Of a stretch of 64,000 nt of DNA, positions 12,337 through 24,800 are shown one piece after another; position 1 is the stretch's first letter; every line of letters begins with the position of its first letter. This DNA comes from Rhina ancylostomus. Its lineage: Eukaryota. Location: positions 20,452,973 to 20,516,972 of the forward strand of contig JARFYF010000057.1 in assembly GCA_030265395.1 (NCBI GenBank), given 5' to 3'. Made by a program: the position numbers and the translations under genes. The notes beneath the pieces are model-generated. The model made no database searches. It was not told the DNA's origin and saw nothing but the letters and a program-made list of their open reading frames with translations.

Positions 12337-12441
12337 ATTTTTGAAGATGAAGATTATTACTATTTTAAACACAAAGCTGTGATGAAGCGATCTATCAATC
12401 CACATCAAATGAGACATAAGCGGCTAGAAAAGGAGCCCAAG
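12337..12441 (+). CDS. PCSK4: PCSK4 exon 2 (prodomain)
   Basis: AG|IFEDEDYYYFKHKAVMKRSINPHQMRHKRLEKEPK|GTAAAC. Confidence 0.9.
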
Positions 12442-13544
12442 GTAAACTGGCTTGAAATGTACGTATTTAAATAGGTATAATGCACCATTTTTTAGGCTTG
12501 TCAGATCACACAAAATTAATTGATTGGAATGATTTGTTTCAGCTTTGTTACTTCAAGTATATCAAACTTTTATAATGTTGTTGCTGGATTCAGGGGTTTG
12601 AGTGGTAATGAGTGTAAATGTCCAACTTGCAATCATCTCCAGTCTCAATATGTTTCACAGCATACTAAAAATTTGCACTAATCCAAACTAGATGCTTTTG
12701 AGAGATGAATAAATATTATGACACTTAATATGTATCAAAAGCTTGGAGAGAATACCAGAGCTCAGTGCCTAAGTCTGCTAATGTGTCTTGGGGGNNNNNN
12801 NNNNCCGGTGAGCGGGGACGGGGGGGGGGGGGGGGTATGAAAGGGAGTGATGTAAGAAGCTGAGAGGTGTTAGTGGGAAGGAGGAATCTGGTAGGAGAGG
12901 GCAGTGGACCAGTAAAGGGAAGGAATAGATGGGCAGGTCATGAGGGTGGCAGAGGGGAAAGAGAAGGGGTGGGGGGGTCAATGGGAATGAGGGAAAGCAA
13001 AGGCGGGCGGGGGGGGGGGTTAGAGATGGGTGAACACAAGGCCAGAAATGAAAAAACTGAACCTTATGAAAGTTGTGTTCTGGAGTATATTTCATAAAAG
13101 CAGAGGGGAAGGTCTTTTTAAATAAATTTTAGGGTTTTGAGGATACCTATTTTCATTTTGAGATAACAGCTTGGAATTACCATACAATAGAAAGGTCATT
13201 TTTGGTAAAATGGACTTTTGGACTAGCTTAATTTTGAGGGATAGGTGGTTAGCTAAGAGAGCATTATCATAGTTTAGAGATGACAACGAGAGAGTTTTAG
13301 CAACAGTAAATGAAGGTGGGTTCTATTACAGAAGTGGGTTCAAAAGGCACAAAGGAGGAACAGTTCTGTTTTAACCTGGGTTAGCGGCTGGGGTTAGAGT
13401 TGATTGGCAAGGACAAAGAGTTTGCAGAACATGGCAAAGATACTAGTTTTGGTCTTTGCAATATTTAACTAGAGAAAACTTTGGCTCAACCAGGGCCCCG
13501 TGTTGGACAAACTGTCTTCTTGAAAAAATATTATGAACATTTTT

Positions 13545-14215
13545 AAGTGATAGAGTTATACAGCTCTTCAGCCCAACTCACCCATGCCAATCAAGGTGTC
13601 TTCCTGAGCTATATCATTTCCCCATATTTGGCTTGGATCCCTCAAACTTTCCTATCCATGTACCTGTCCAAATGTCTTTTAAATGTTGTAATTGTACCCA
13701 CTTCTACCATTTCCTCTGGCAGTTCATTCCACATACTCACCGTCCTCTTGTGTGGAAAATCTTGCCTCTCAGGTCCCCTTAATTCTTTCCCTTCTTGCCT
13801 TAAACCTATGCCCTCTAGTTTTAGACTCTCCCACCCTGGGGAAAAAGACTGCCAATCCATCTTGTCTATGCCCCTCATGACTTTATAAACATCAAAGATC
13901 ACCTTCCTTTGCTCCAGGGAAAACAATCCCAGCTTATCCAGTCTCTCCTTGTGGCTCAAGCCCTCCAGTCCTGGCAATGTCCTTGTGAATCTCTCTCCAG
14001 CTTAATCATATCCTTCCTGTAGTATAGGACCAGAATTGCACACAATATTCCAGGTACAGTATCTTCAGCGTCTTGTGCAGCTGTATTATGATGTTCTGAC
14101 TCTTGTACGCAATACCCTGAGGAAGGCAAGTGTGCTATACACTACCTTCATCATCTTGTCTACCTGTGTCACCACTTTCAGGAAACTATGTACTTGTACT
14201 ACTAGGTCTCTCTGC
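13545..14215 (-). mobile_element. CR1-type LINE 3' part
   Basis: MPGLEGLSHKERLDKLGLFSLEQR...WNELPEEMVEVGTITTFKRHLDRYM. Confidence 0.9.
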
Positions 14216-14518
14216 TGTGTTTCTTAAATACAATATTGTAAAAAAAGGTGTATTTGCATACTTCTATAAGTAAGAAATGGTATAGCTCAGGAAGACATTT
14301 TGATTGGCATGGATGAGTTGGCATAATTTATTTTTGTCTTTATGCTAGCCAATGTAAGTATGAATTCTGGTCTGGTCTCCATAACTTATTTAATATGTGC
14401 TTTTTATATTGAAAAGGAACCTATTAGTTAAGCATTAATAGTTAGTTCTGCTTTTCAACTATTTGGGTATTATGAACTTAAGCTTCTGACAGGAGAACAT
14501 TTACTACTGTGTGCTTAG

Positions 14519-14611
14519 GTAAAGTGGCTGCAACAGCAAGTGGTGAAAAGACGTCAGAAACGCTCATTTTTTGTTCCTTCAGATCCTTTGTATCATAAGC
14601 AGTGGTACTTG
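14519..14611 (+). CDS. PCSK4: PCSK4 exon 3 (primary autoprocessing site RQKR)
   Basis: AG|VKWLQQQVVKRRQKRSFFVPSDPLYHKQWYL|GTAAG. Confidence 0.92.
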
Positions 14612-17011
14612 GTAAGTTTGGGTACTTCTGTGGTAGGGGAGGGGGCATTGTAATTTAGAACATTTTTAAATGCTCTGAACTGCTGGCCCAGTCAAAGGTG
14701 CATTGAGATTAGTAAGAATATGACAAAAGAATCTAATTTTGTGTTTGAAGTTCCCAGGTGTACAAGGGGTCATTGTGTCCAAATTCAAATTTAGTGCTTA
14801 TGCAAATGATGTGTCTGTGATCCCAGAGTTGGGAGCAATTCTCAAAATTAGACTTGTTTCTTGTGATTTTCTCTAGTTTTGGGTCACCACCTTCAAAAGT
14901 CTTTTTCCCTTGTTCTGCACAAATGTACCCTGTAGCCTTTCTTTGAAAGTTGCACTGTATATCCTTATCTATTAAGCATATGTGATGTCCTCTCCAGTTC
15001 AACTTCTCAGATAAGGGAATAATGTATATTTTTTTGTATTTTAGCTATACATCTAACAGGATGGGTGTGAGGGTAGAAGAAGCATGAATAAAGTTGAGAA
15101 ATACAATTTTAAAATATCAAATACAGGCATTGGTTATTGCAACACTTTGAAGGCAATTTGGCATGGATGTTTCTTCAGTTTGCAACAACTGTCAGGTGAA
15201 TGGTTTCTGAGTAGCAAATGAGTGTAGAGGCATTTTATGTAATGATTTTAGCTTGATTAAATTTGACTTCACAAAGATTTTACAGGAATCATACCTATCA
15301 ATTTGACAGTAATTAGATATACGAATCTTGTTTTGTTTTTGAGTCCTGAAGGAAAAAGATGATTTTCTGCTCCCTAGGTATGTCATTTTGTTGTATGTGC
15401 TAAACACACAGGCGCTAATATGCATTGAACTTGGCTTCTGAAATTCTACTCCATTATTGTCAATAGAAAAAATATATACAAAATAAGAGTTCAATGTGCG
15501 TGTTGCTATTTGGTACAAAGGACTAATTTCTACTTGTGTCTTTTATTCTCTGCCAGTACATCCACGTCTGGTAATTAAGGTTCTTTACAATCTTCGAAGA
15601 TGAAAAGTAATTAAAAGACTAAGAAACTGTCTGCTGGCCCAATTACTGCTCAGATTTATTTAAGCATTAAATTTGATGGAATGGATGCGCAAGCTAAATG
15701 TGCAGTACATCTATAGCCTGATACATGTGACAGAAGCAGATTTTTTTTGATATACTTGTGCCTTTAATCCCTCTTGATATACACTTGATTGCAAGTATGC
15801 CTGGTTTTGATGCACGTTGTGTTCCACATGGGTGATAAGAGATGAACAGAATTGTTGAAAATCTCTGATGCATCATTCCACCCCCCTCCACCCCAAAAGA
15901 CAGGCCTGCATTTTTTCCTACCTTCAAATCTCCACATTAAAGTATCATCTGACACTATACCAATAGTATTAAGCATTAAAATGACCAATGGAAACTTGCC
16001 TTGTGCTGCTACTCCAAACTAACTGCAGTTCACTGTAGGACCTCTGTGTACTATCCTAGGTAGTTGTATATTCTTGTACACTGAGCATCTGTTTTGCCAT
16101 TTTAATGACTTTACTAGTTATTTAAAACTGTTTAATTGACTAAGGTTTGAGGGTGAGGGGTGGTGGCTATACTCTGCAGAAGTAGACTGTCTCTCAGCAC
16201 AAGTTTGGTATTTTGGTGCTGCATGAATTAATTACTGAATATTGGACCCTGCTGCTAGAAAAACATTTTAATTGAGCTAAATTAAAATATATAATTCCCT
16301 TTTTAATTGTGGGTAGTTCTAGAGTCGTTTTTATATTCTTCATGAAAGGGCTTAAAGAAATATACTTCTAGTTGGTTCTTTTGGTTTGGGAGCTGAAGAA
16401 AGAAAGTTTTTTATTTACTTATTATAATGTTTTTTTGTTTTTTATTTTACAACCTGTTGTGTATAGTGAAATGGACAGTTTCACTAAATTTGGTTTCCAC
16501 CAGAACATTATTGTTTTACAAAATAAAGTGCACACAAGAAATAAAATTAAAATAATTCAATAATATCACATTGGGTATCAGAATTTTTTTGATTTGAAGG
16601 AGTCTTAATTAGCCTGTAATCCTCCATGTTAAATAAAGCACCATATTTTTGGTTTGAGAGAGAATTTCTACACACTGGCCCTTTTTGAAGTGACCTTTTA
16701 AGGCTTTTAGAAGGTAAATAATTATCATTCTTGAATAGCGATGTCAGTTTTGAACACTTGTGTAACAATGAACTGATCAAGACTCATTAAGAAGGTGCCA
16801 TTTTAATCAATGTGTGTATTTGTTTGGTAGTTCATCTTAAGTGTGACAAGTGCTAACATTGGAACTGGATAAAATGTTCATTAATTTTATTATAGTTCAA
16901 CATTGTGTATCTTCTACATATTCTATAGAGTTTAATAAATTGCTTTTTGTTTAGTTTGTATTGTTTGTAGACTTTGCATTACAGTAAACAATTATGTTCT
17001 GTTTTATTTAG

Positions 17012-17140
17012 AACAATGAAATACCTAATGACCTGAATGTTCTATCGGCCTGGAAGCGGGGTTATACAGGCAAGGGTGTTGTCATCACCATCCTGGATGA
17101 TGGAATAGAAAAGAACCACCCAGATTTGGCTGCAAATTAT
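17012..17140 (+). CDS. PCSK4: PCSK4 exon 4 (catalytic Asp)
   Basis: [43 protein letters not shown]; AG/GTAAG boundaries. Confidence 0.95.
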
Positions 17141-17733
17141 GTAAGATCAAATAAGAAACCTTTCCAAAATCCACCTGTGGTTAATTGGATGCCTGCTAAA
17201 AGGAGGAACAGTAATAAATTTTTCATGGTGTGTTACAATAGTTGCAGTTGTATTGGAAAATCTTGGTCTTGAAACATTTTACAATTTTTTAATGCTTAAA
17301 CACTTACTTTGCTTCTCCTGTTGGCTAAGCTTGCTTATTCAAATAACTAGGAGCAAGCACTTCTTCAATTTGCTTTGGAGTCTGTGGAATAAAAAGGGGG
17401 AAAATTAATTGGGTGTCCAGAATCCTGTCCAGAAATTCCTGCTGGTAGTGTGTGTGCTTTATTTACAGTTCTAATTACAGTTACTTGTGATGGGTAAGGA
17501 GGCAACTAATTTTTCTTGTGGAAGTTGTGACAATTCATAGGGCACCTGGTGGCTGTGTGGAACTGCAACAAATACCTTCAGTGGAAGAAACATTTTTGGT
17601 AGTTTTTGACACTTTTTCTCCCCCCCTAGCAATGTGACCCTATGGTTTCTAATAACTATGAAGTTAGAATTTTGCATATTAATAAAAGCAAAATTGACAT
17701 TGCCTTCAGTCATTCCCTTTTGCTTGGTTGTAG

Positions 17734-17810
17734 GATCCTAATGCAAGCTTTGATATAAATGACAATGACCCAGATCCTCAACCAAGATACAACTATAATG
17801 ATGAAAATCG
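17734..17810 (+). CDS. PCSK4: PCSK4 exon 5
   Basis: DPNASFDINDNDPDPQPRYNYNDEN(R); TAG/GTGAG boundaries. Confidence 0.95.
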
Positions 17811-19347
17811 GTGAGGTTCTTTGCATTTATTTGGTTATTTAACTGAAGTGGCAATAAGTACACATGTAATCCAGTAGCTGCTCCGTTGCGTATATTTTTA
17901 ATGATGGTTGGTTGTTCACCAAATAGACAAAGTCAATTAAATCTCAGTTTAATCATCATCATGCAGCAGGGAAACACCATTTGGCCCACCACATCTATAC
18001 TGAAGAGTGGGAACTCATCCATATTAATTGCATCTTCCAGCACTTGGCCTGAAGCTACCTTTTACCTGGGTGATTTCAAGTGCTCCTCTAGACACTTAAA
18101 TGTTAGCTATTCTGCTACCACCACTCTCTTGGGCAATGCATTCTAAGTACTCTTCACTCTGAGTAAGGGAAAAAATGTCCACCTCAGATCCCCTCTAAAT
18201 CTCTAACCCCTTGCCCTAAATAGCAAATTGGCCAGGATGTAGGAACAACATGTGTTTAAGTAGTATATTCGATTATATTCTGTTTACCTGAACAGCTAAT
18301 GAGAATTTGGTCTTAATTTAAAGACCAATTTTCAAAAGGTGGTATTTCCAGCATTGCAGTATGGCTCCCGTAACATGTTGGTCTAGATAATATCCATAAG
18401 CCATAGCTGTCATTTGTTTTAAATCTTTTAACCAGAAAGCCTTGAATAAGTCAGCATCTAAAGCGGAAGAATAAGTGATGGTGTTAATTTGTGGTGCTTA
18501 TGGTAGAAGATACCTGACAGTATTGTTCATTTTGGTGACTATTCTGAGAAACAATGACTTCACATTGAATATACTCAGTGGAGCACACTCAGTTTATAAT
18601 TTTGCAAATTATTATCGTGGCTTTGCAGACAATATCCAGTAGATGGCAATGGTAGACAAATTTGTCTCGTACCAAAATGTCTAATTTCCTTATGGTGTAT
18701 AAAATATTCAAAAGTTTCATCTAGCCCATATTAGGAAGACCCAGTTACTCATTATGATATGTGATAAGTACTGTTCAAAAGTTGGACTTGGTAATACGAT
18801 TGTATTACCTAACGTCATGACAGCTCTTGTTTTCGGGGGAAGGAAAAAAATTTTGGACGTTATATTGGATCAATCAATATTGATTTGATAAAATGTACAT
18901 AATGAATGCAGTATCTTTTCTGGAGGAATATAGGAGGAATATGCAGTATGTTTTTTTTTCAGATGGAATTCTTTCTTCAAGCTAAATACAATTTCTAAAT
19001 CTCCAATATGAGGCTTTTGTTTTGAGAGGTGGTGAATGTTTCTTAAATGGTGAACCAAGGAATATCAAAACATTTTCCTGCTATTGCTAGGTTCCACAGC
19101 AGTCATGTCATTCTTGTTTCCTGTGGTGGGTCACTTTTCATTTTCCCTCAATATGAACTGCACCCACACATTTTCCACTGTATCTGATGATTTTTTTGAA
19201 ATGCTTTTAATAGCATATGAGCTATAGTGCTGTGCTCATTGAGCTGTAGGCAGGCCACAGATTGAGGGTTATTGGGCAGTTTAGATTTATAAGCTTATTG
19301 GTATAGCTATGTTAATGTCATAGGTAATTGTCCTATTCTCTTAACAG

Positions 19348-19433
19348 ACATGGGACTCGATGTGCTGGAGAAGTGGCTGCAGTAGCAAATAACCTCTGTG
19401 GAGTTGGTGTAGCATTCAATGCTAAAGTTGGTG
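19348..19433 (+). CDS. PCSK4: PCSK4 exon 6 (catalytic His)
   Basis: [28 protein letters not shown]; CAG/GTAAT boundaries. Confidence 0.95.
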
Positions 19434-20183
19434 GTAATTTCCTTTTCCTTTCCTTTTTTTTAAATATGACATCTTGTACTGGCTGGGGTGATCTTGAAAA
19501 AAAACCTGATAATGTGGCAGTATGGCAGGAAAGTTCCTGACTACAGTTTAGAGTTCTGGACTGGTAATCCTGAGCCATGCATTTGAATCATCTCTTGGCA
19601 GTAAGGGAATTTTAAATTCTAGTGATTAGACAAATCTGGAATTTTGTTTTGTGAATGGTAGCCATAAAAAGTTGTATAACCTGTTTGATCTGTTGATGGA
19701 AGTTTCCTATCCTTACCCACTTTACCACATATGCAACTCAAGCTTCTCAGTTCAGGAACATTTGAGTAATAACAGTTGGAATTACCAGCAATATCCACAT
19801 CTTGTAAATAAGTAAAAAGAGTAAAGATTTGTAAAAAGTTGAACAAATTTTAATATTCACAGACCTATTGATCTTGAGCATTTTATTAATTTTTGTTAAT
19901 TGAAATATTTTGTTTGTGCTCCTTATTTCCTCCTCCTATGGTTTAGAAGTAGCACTCTCTTAGTATTTTTCTTGCCCTTTACATCTTTTTGATTTGGTTT
20001 CAGTGTTGGAATACCACTGTATCTGATAACCACCTCAACACTTGAATTGGTCTTGTTATTTAAGAAACATTGAATTGGCTTTAGACAGCATGGATTTCCA
20101 TATTTTGTGATCACTGTGCCTCATCCTTTTTGTTTCTCCAAACCTCTTTGTGCAGTTTATTTTTGTTTTTTTTTCCCTTGTAG

Positions 20184-20356
20184 GAGTAAGAATGCTAGAT
20201 GGAGAGATCACGGATGTAGTGGAAGCCCGCTCTCTTAGCCTCAATCCCCAGCACATTCACATTTATAGTGCTAGCTGGGGCCCAGAGGACAATGGGCAGA
20301 CTGTGGAAGGGCCAGCAATATTAGCAAGCCGGGCATTCCTTAAGGGTATAACAAAT
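20184..20356 (+). CDS. PCSK4: PCSK4 exon 7
   Basis: VRMLDGEITDVVEARSLSLNPQHIHIYSASWGPEDNGQTVEGPAILASRAFLKGITN; TAG/GTAAG boundaries. Confidence 0.95.
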
Positions 20357-20573
20357 GTAAGATGAATAATTTTTTCCAAAAACACATCAATCATTTTACA
20401 AGGCAAATAACATGTTCTTGTACTACAACAATTTTGTCATTGTATGTTAACTATTTAACATTGTTCAGCATTTAAAATTGTATTCAGTAATGTTGAGCTT
20501 GCACAATTGATTTAATATACCAAATAAAACTCATTAGCTGGATATTTGTACCTATTTGTTTATTTAATCTTAG

Positions 20574-20786
20574 GGACGAGGTGGTCTTGGTTCCATCTTT
20601 GTCTGGGCATCTGGTAATGGAGGTTTCCAGTATGATAACTGTAACTGTGATGGCTATACAAACAGTATCTACACACTGTCCGTGGGCAGCACAACTCAAC
20701 TAGGGAACGTCCCTTGGTACAGCGAGGCCTGCTCTTCAACGCTAACTACTACTTACAGCAGTGGAACCAGAATGGAAAAGCAGATC
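20574..20786 (+). CDS. PCSK4: PCSK4 exon 8 (oxyanion Asn)
   Basis: [71 protein letters not shown]. Confidence 0.95.
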
Positions 20787-20861
20787 GTAAGAAAGATAAA
20801 ATAGTTTTTCCTAAGTTTTTTTGTTAAGCTGGGGGCATCTCACTGACTTGGACTACTAGAT

Positions 20862-21075
20862 TGTAACTGATACTGNNNNNNNNNNNNNNNNNNNNNNNNN
20901 NNNNNNNNNNNNNNNNNNNNNNNNNNNNNNNNNNNNNNNNNNNNNNNNNNNNNNNNNNNNNNNNNNNNNNNNNNNNNNNNNNNNNNNNNNNTTTATTATC
21001 ATAAGTAGTTATTAATAAAGTAGTTTTTAACACTTATACATGTCTCTATGTTTCTGTGGTTGCTGGTACGTAACA
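20862..21075 (+). mobile_element. LTR-like element (gapped) in PCSK4 intron 8
   Basis: 3' end TTATCATAAGT...ATTAATAAA...GTTGCTGGTACGTAACA matches the reverse complement of 2109-2195; flanks TAGAT/AAGAT are TSD-like. Confidence 0.6.
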
Positions 21076-21841
21076 AAGATTTATATTCTTTATAATATTT
21101 ATTATTTATGCGGCTGTTTATGCGGAAATTTTGTTTTTTTTTCTTGGAATATTTCTAACATTTTCTATTTGTCAACATTTCATAATCAGATGCCTGCAGA
21201 TTAAATGTGGATACCTCAAGTAAAGCATAAATTACAAGAGGATTTTTGAAGCAATTAGCTTATTTTGGCTCAAGTGTGCTTGCTCACTGCCTGTATAATT
21301 CTTGCAGTCCTGTTGGTCCAGTTGTCCTGTAGGCCTCACTGCTATAGTCTTTCTGTGAGACAGAGCAGTGTGCAAACTGTCACCTAGAGCTTGGGTAGTA
21401 GTAGATTCTGGGGCCACCCTGTTGAGCACCTGATAGCTAACTGGTATCAAAGGCCTTTGTTCAGAATCTTTTTAAACGGAATTAATTTAAAATCACTAAA
21501 ATTTAGTAGAACAGTTTAAAATCTGCAGCCATTCAAATGAGAGATTGTACTACATGTGCCAGCCAGTGGACTGAAGTGGTGTATGACCTTGATGGTTTTC
21601 TCTGGGAAACTGCCAGCAAAAGGCAAGTGCACTTAGAATTGTTGCCTGTAATCTCTCCCTCTGCCTCGTGAACCAGAGACAGCAAAACACTGGTACTGAA
21701 GCAGTAAGTGGAGATTGAGAAGCAGAGGGAACCTATCCACCAGGCTGTTCTGTATCTAACACCATGAATTCTGTTTTTGACCTCAGTTCCTTGACTTACT
21801 TCTGAATTCACTGAAACCCTCCTATACACTGTAATCAGCAT

Positions 21842-21948
21842 ATAGAACATAGAACATTGCAGCACAGTACCGGCCCTTCGGCCCACAATGTTGTGCCGAC
21901 ATTTTATCCTGCTCTAAGATCTATCTAACCCTTCCCTCCCACATAGCC
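21842..21948 (-). mobile_element. CR1-type LINE 3' tail running into a gap
   Basis: ATAGAACATAGAACA tail followed by CAGCACAG..GGCCCTTCGGCCCACAATGTTGTGCCGAC. Confidence 0.7.
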
Positions 21949-22116
21949 NNNNNNNNNNNNNNNNNNNNNNNNNNNNNNNNNNNNNNNNNNNNNNNNNNNN
22001 NNNNNNNNNNNNNNNNNNNNNNNNNNNNNNNNNNNNNNNNNNNNNNNNCTCCCTATTTCAATTTGTTTTCTGTCTCACCACCCCCCACCCCACCCCCCCA
22101 ATTTCCACGGCTACAG

Positions 22117-22217
22117 GTTACAACAGATCTGCGGTTACGATGTACTGAGAAGCACACTGGAACATCAGCATCTGCACCACTTGCTGCTGGGATCATAGCT
22201 CTTGCTCTGGAGGCGAA
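22117..22217 (+). CDS. PCSK4: PCSK4 exon 9 (catalytic Ser)
   Basis: [33 protein letters not shown](N); CAG/GTAAT boundaries. Confidence 0.95.
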
Positions 22218-23677
22218 GTAATTTTATTTTTATTCAAATACATTGACAAATTTATTCAAGAGGCAGACTATCTTTAATGAATGGATTTAAGCAATCTTGC
22301 TTGAACAAAAGGTGGTAATTCATTGGAATTCATTATTTAAAATATACACAGTAATTTATTGATTTGAGGTTCGTAGCAAAATCTACAATTTTTTTAAGAA
22401 GCATCAGTTGTGTGTATATGTGAGAAGATTAATCTGGTTAACTACAAATGGTTTGGAATAATATTCCTTATTTGAGCATCTGTGGCAGACAAATGCTTTG
22501 GTTGACCAGAGCAGTATCATGCCTTTTTACTAATTTGGACAGTAAAGATAATCCACAGCCACTTTTTTTTTGTTGTTACCAGCTATTTTGTTTCTGTTTC
22601 TCCCTGCTCCCTCACATTCATGCCGGAAACAACAATTGCCAGAATTAGGTTGTCTATTCAATTGATTGTCCCTAGCATTTCTGAATCTGGTTTTTGGGCA
22701 TTAAAAAAAAATATCACTCACCTTTCCTGAGCTTATTGTATTCATTTCCTGTTTCCTTATTCCATTCACACTGTTAATGATCCAGTTTACCTTTCTGACC
22801 TCTATGCTATCTGAAATTGCAAATTTCCTTCTCCAGGTTGCTTTTCTTGTGATACAGCTTTGTATGGTCAATCTTGCTTGGTGGTCCTCCTGCATAAGAG
22901 GAGAATCTCTTGTATATGGATGGTCTTCTTAACTGCTGCCTCTGAAAATGTTTTGATTACAACAACAGGACTTACCTGGCCAGTTTCTTCATGTATGATG
23001 TTGATATTTGTTTGATTCTAGTTCTATACATCTACAATATCCTCCAATTGAACAATGAGGATTGAAATCATCATCTTTAGTTTGTCCCACAAATCCACTT
23101 CCACTTTTCTTGTCCCCTCCATTTCCAGTCATAATCTTAAGTGGAATCTCTTTACTTGAACTAAGTCAAACTCCTAGCCATGATTTTTCAATGGTAATGA
23201 TGGCATGCTTCCAATTCCAGTGTCTGTCTTGGCACCTCTGCTGGAATTATCCTTCAAGATTTATCTTTTGTCACCTCCCACCTTTGCAATGCCAGTGCTG
23301 ACCTTCCATAATGTATACTCTTGCCTTTCAACCCAAACAGAAATTGTCTTTTTATCCTTTTTCACATCAGCATCCACTCAAACAAAGCTTGCTGTCGCAG
23401 ACCATGTTAGATCTGGTGGTCCACTTTCCTTATGACAGTAAATAAAAATCCAAAAAGCTGGAGATAATGGAAAAAGCTGGAAATGCTCAACAGGTCATAC
23501 AGCATCATTGGGAAGAGAAACAGTTAATGTTTCCAATCTGAGCTTGTTTGTTAAAATTGGAGTGTAAAGTACTTAATTAATTTTTCCAAGTCTTCAAATG
23601 AGCTGAATAAATGAAAATAGTTACTAACATTTTAGTGTTTTAACTTGCAGAATGTTTGGTTTTTTTTAAACTTGTAG

Positions 23678-23781
23678 TCCTGCACTGACCTGGCGCGATA
23701 TGCAGCATCTAGTAGTGAGAGCATCTAAGCCCCTTCATTTGAAAGCAGAAGACTGGGCCAAAAATGGAGTGGGGCGCAAAG
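23678..23781 (+). CDS. PCSK4: PCSK4 exon 10
   Basis: PALTWRDMQHLVVRASKPLHLKAEDWAKNGVGRK; TAG/GTAAG boundaries. Confidence 0.95.
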
Positions 23782-24682
23782 GTAAGAAATACTAGTTTAA
23801 ATGGTATGTACCCATAAGTGGTATGAAACAAAGCAGAAGTGGCCTGTTCGTAATATTATTATGTTCAGATTCTATTTACCCAAATATTTTTGGAAAAAAT
23901 ACTCTTTTTTTTGGAGGAAGCGGGGAAGCTTCCTTGAAATGCAATATTTTAAAACAAATTGCTTTAATATTAAAATGGCTAGATTAAAGTTTTTGTTTTG
24001 GAACTCTAAAGCCATGAAGTTCCTTTAGACTGTTGTGATTTAGCAGTGTCATTTGGAACACCTTTATGTCCATCTACCTAAAGTTCCAAACTTGGCAGCC
24101 ATCCTAAAGAAATGGGCTATAACTTTTGGTATTAGCTTGAGTTGGAAGTGATAGAAATCGACATGGTGAGGTGTTTGGTTGGACTGCTTTGTTATGGATA
24201 TGATGCATTCAAAGCAAAAGCCTATAAAAGATGTAATGAAAATTATGATGATTGTACAGTTTAGATTAATGAGCTTGTTGGTATATGTCATCTTTAAAAT
24301 TAACTTGTGTTGTGTTCTGGCATTAACCAATTTGTGATCCCAAGATCTCATCGGGGTTAAGAACAAGCCAACTCTTGGATGTTAAGATTGACCAAAAGTC
24401 TGTGTTTCAAGATAATTTGAGATTGGATTTGACTCTACTAATCTAAAATGATTGCAACAAATAATAATATTTATCCTAAAAATTATGACTCCTGATTTTG
24501 CTTTCACTCTGTCAGTGTGATCTATTGAAAAACATTCTAACATAATACAATCTGTTGGATCATTAATTGAATTGAGGAAAACATTTTATCACTTTTTCAA
24601 ACCTATGTGAAAGTAATCACATTACTTGATCTCCGATCACTAAACAACGTCTAATAATTTGAATTATGATAATTATTTTCAG

Positions 24683-24800
24683 TGAGCCACCATTATGGAT
24701 ATGGACTACTAGATGCTGGACTTCTGGTGGATTTAGCAACAAAATGGTTGACTGTTCATCCACAGAGGGAATGCTCCATAGAGATTATTAAATCCCCACA
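24683..24800 (+). CDS. PCSK4: PCSK4 exon 11
   Basis: (V)SHHYGYGLLDAGLLVDLATKWLTVHPQRECSIEIIKSP; CAG/GTAAG boundaries. Confidence 0.95.
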
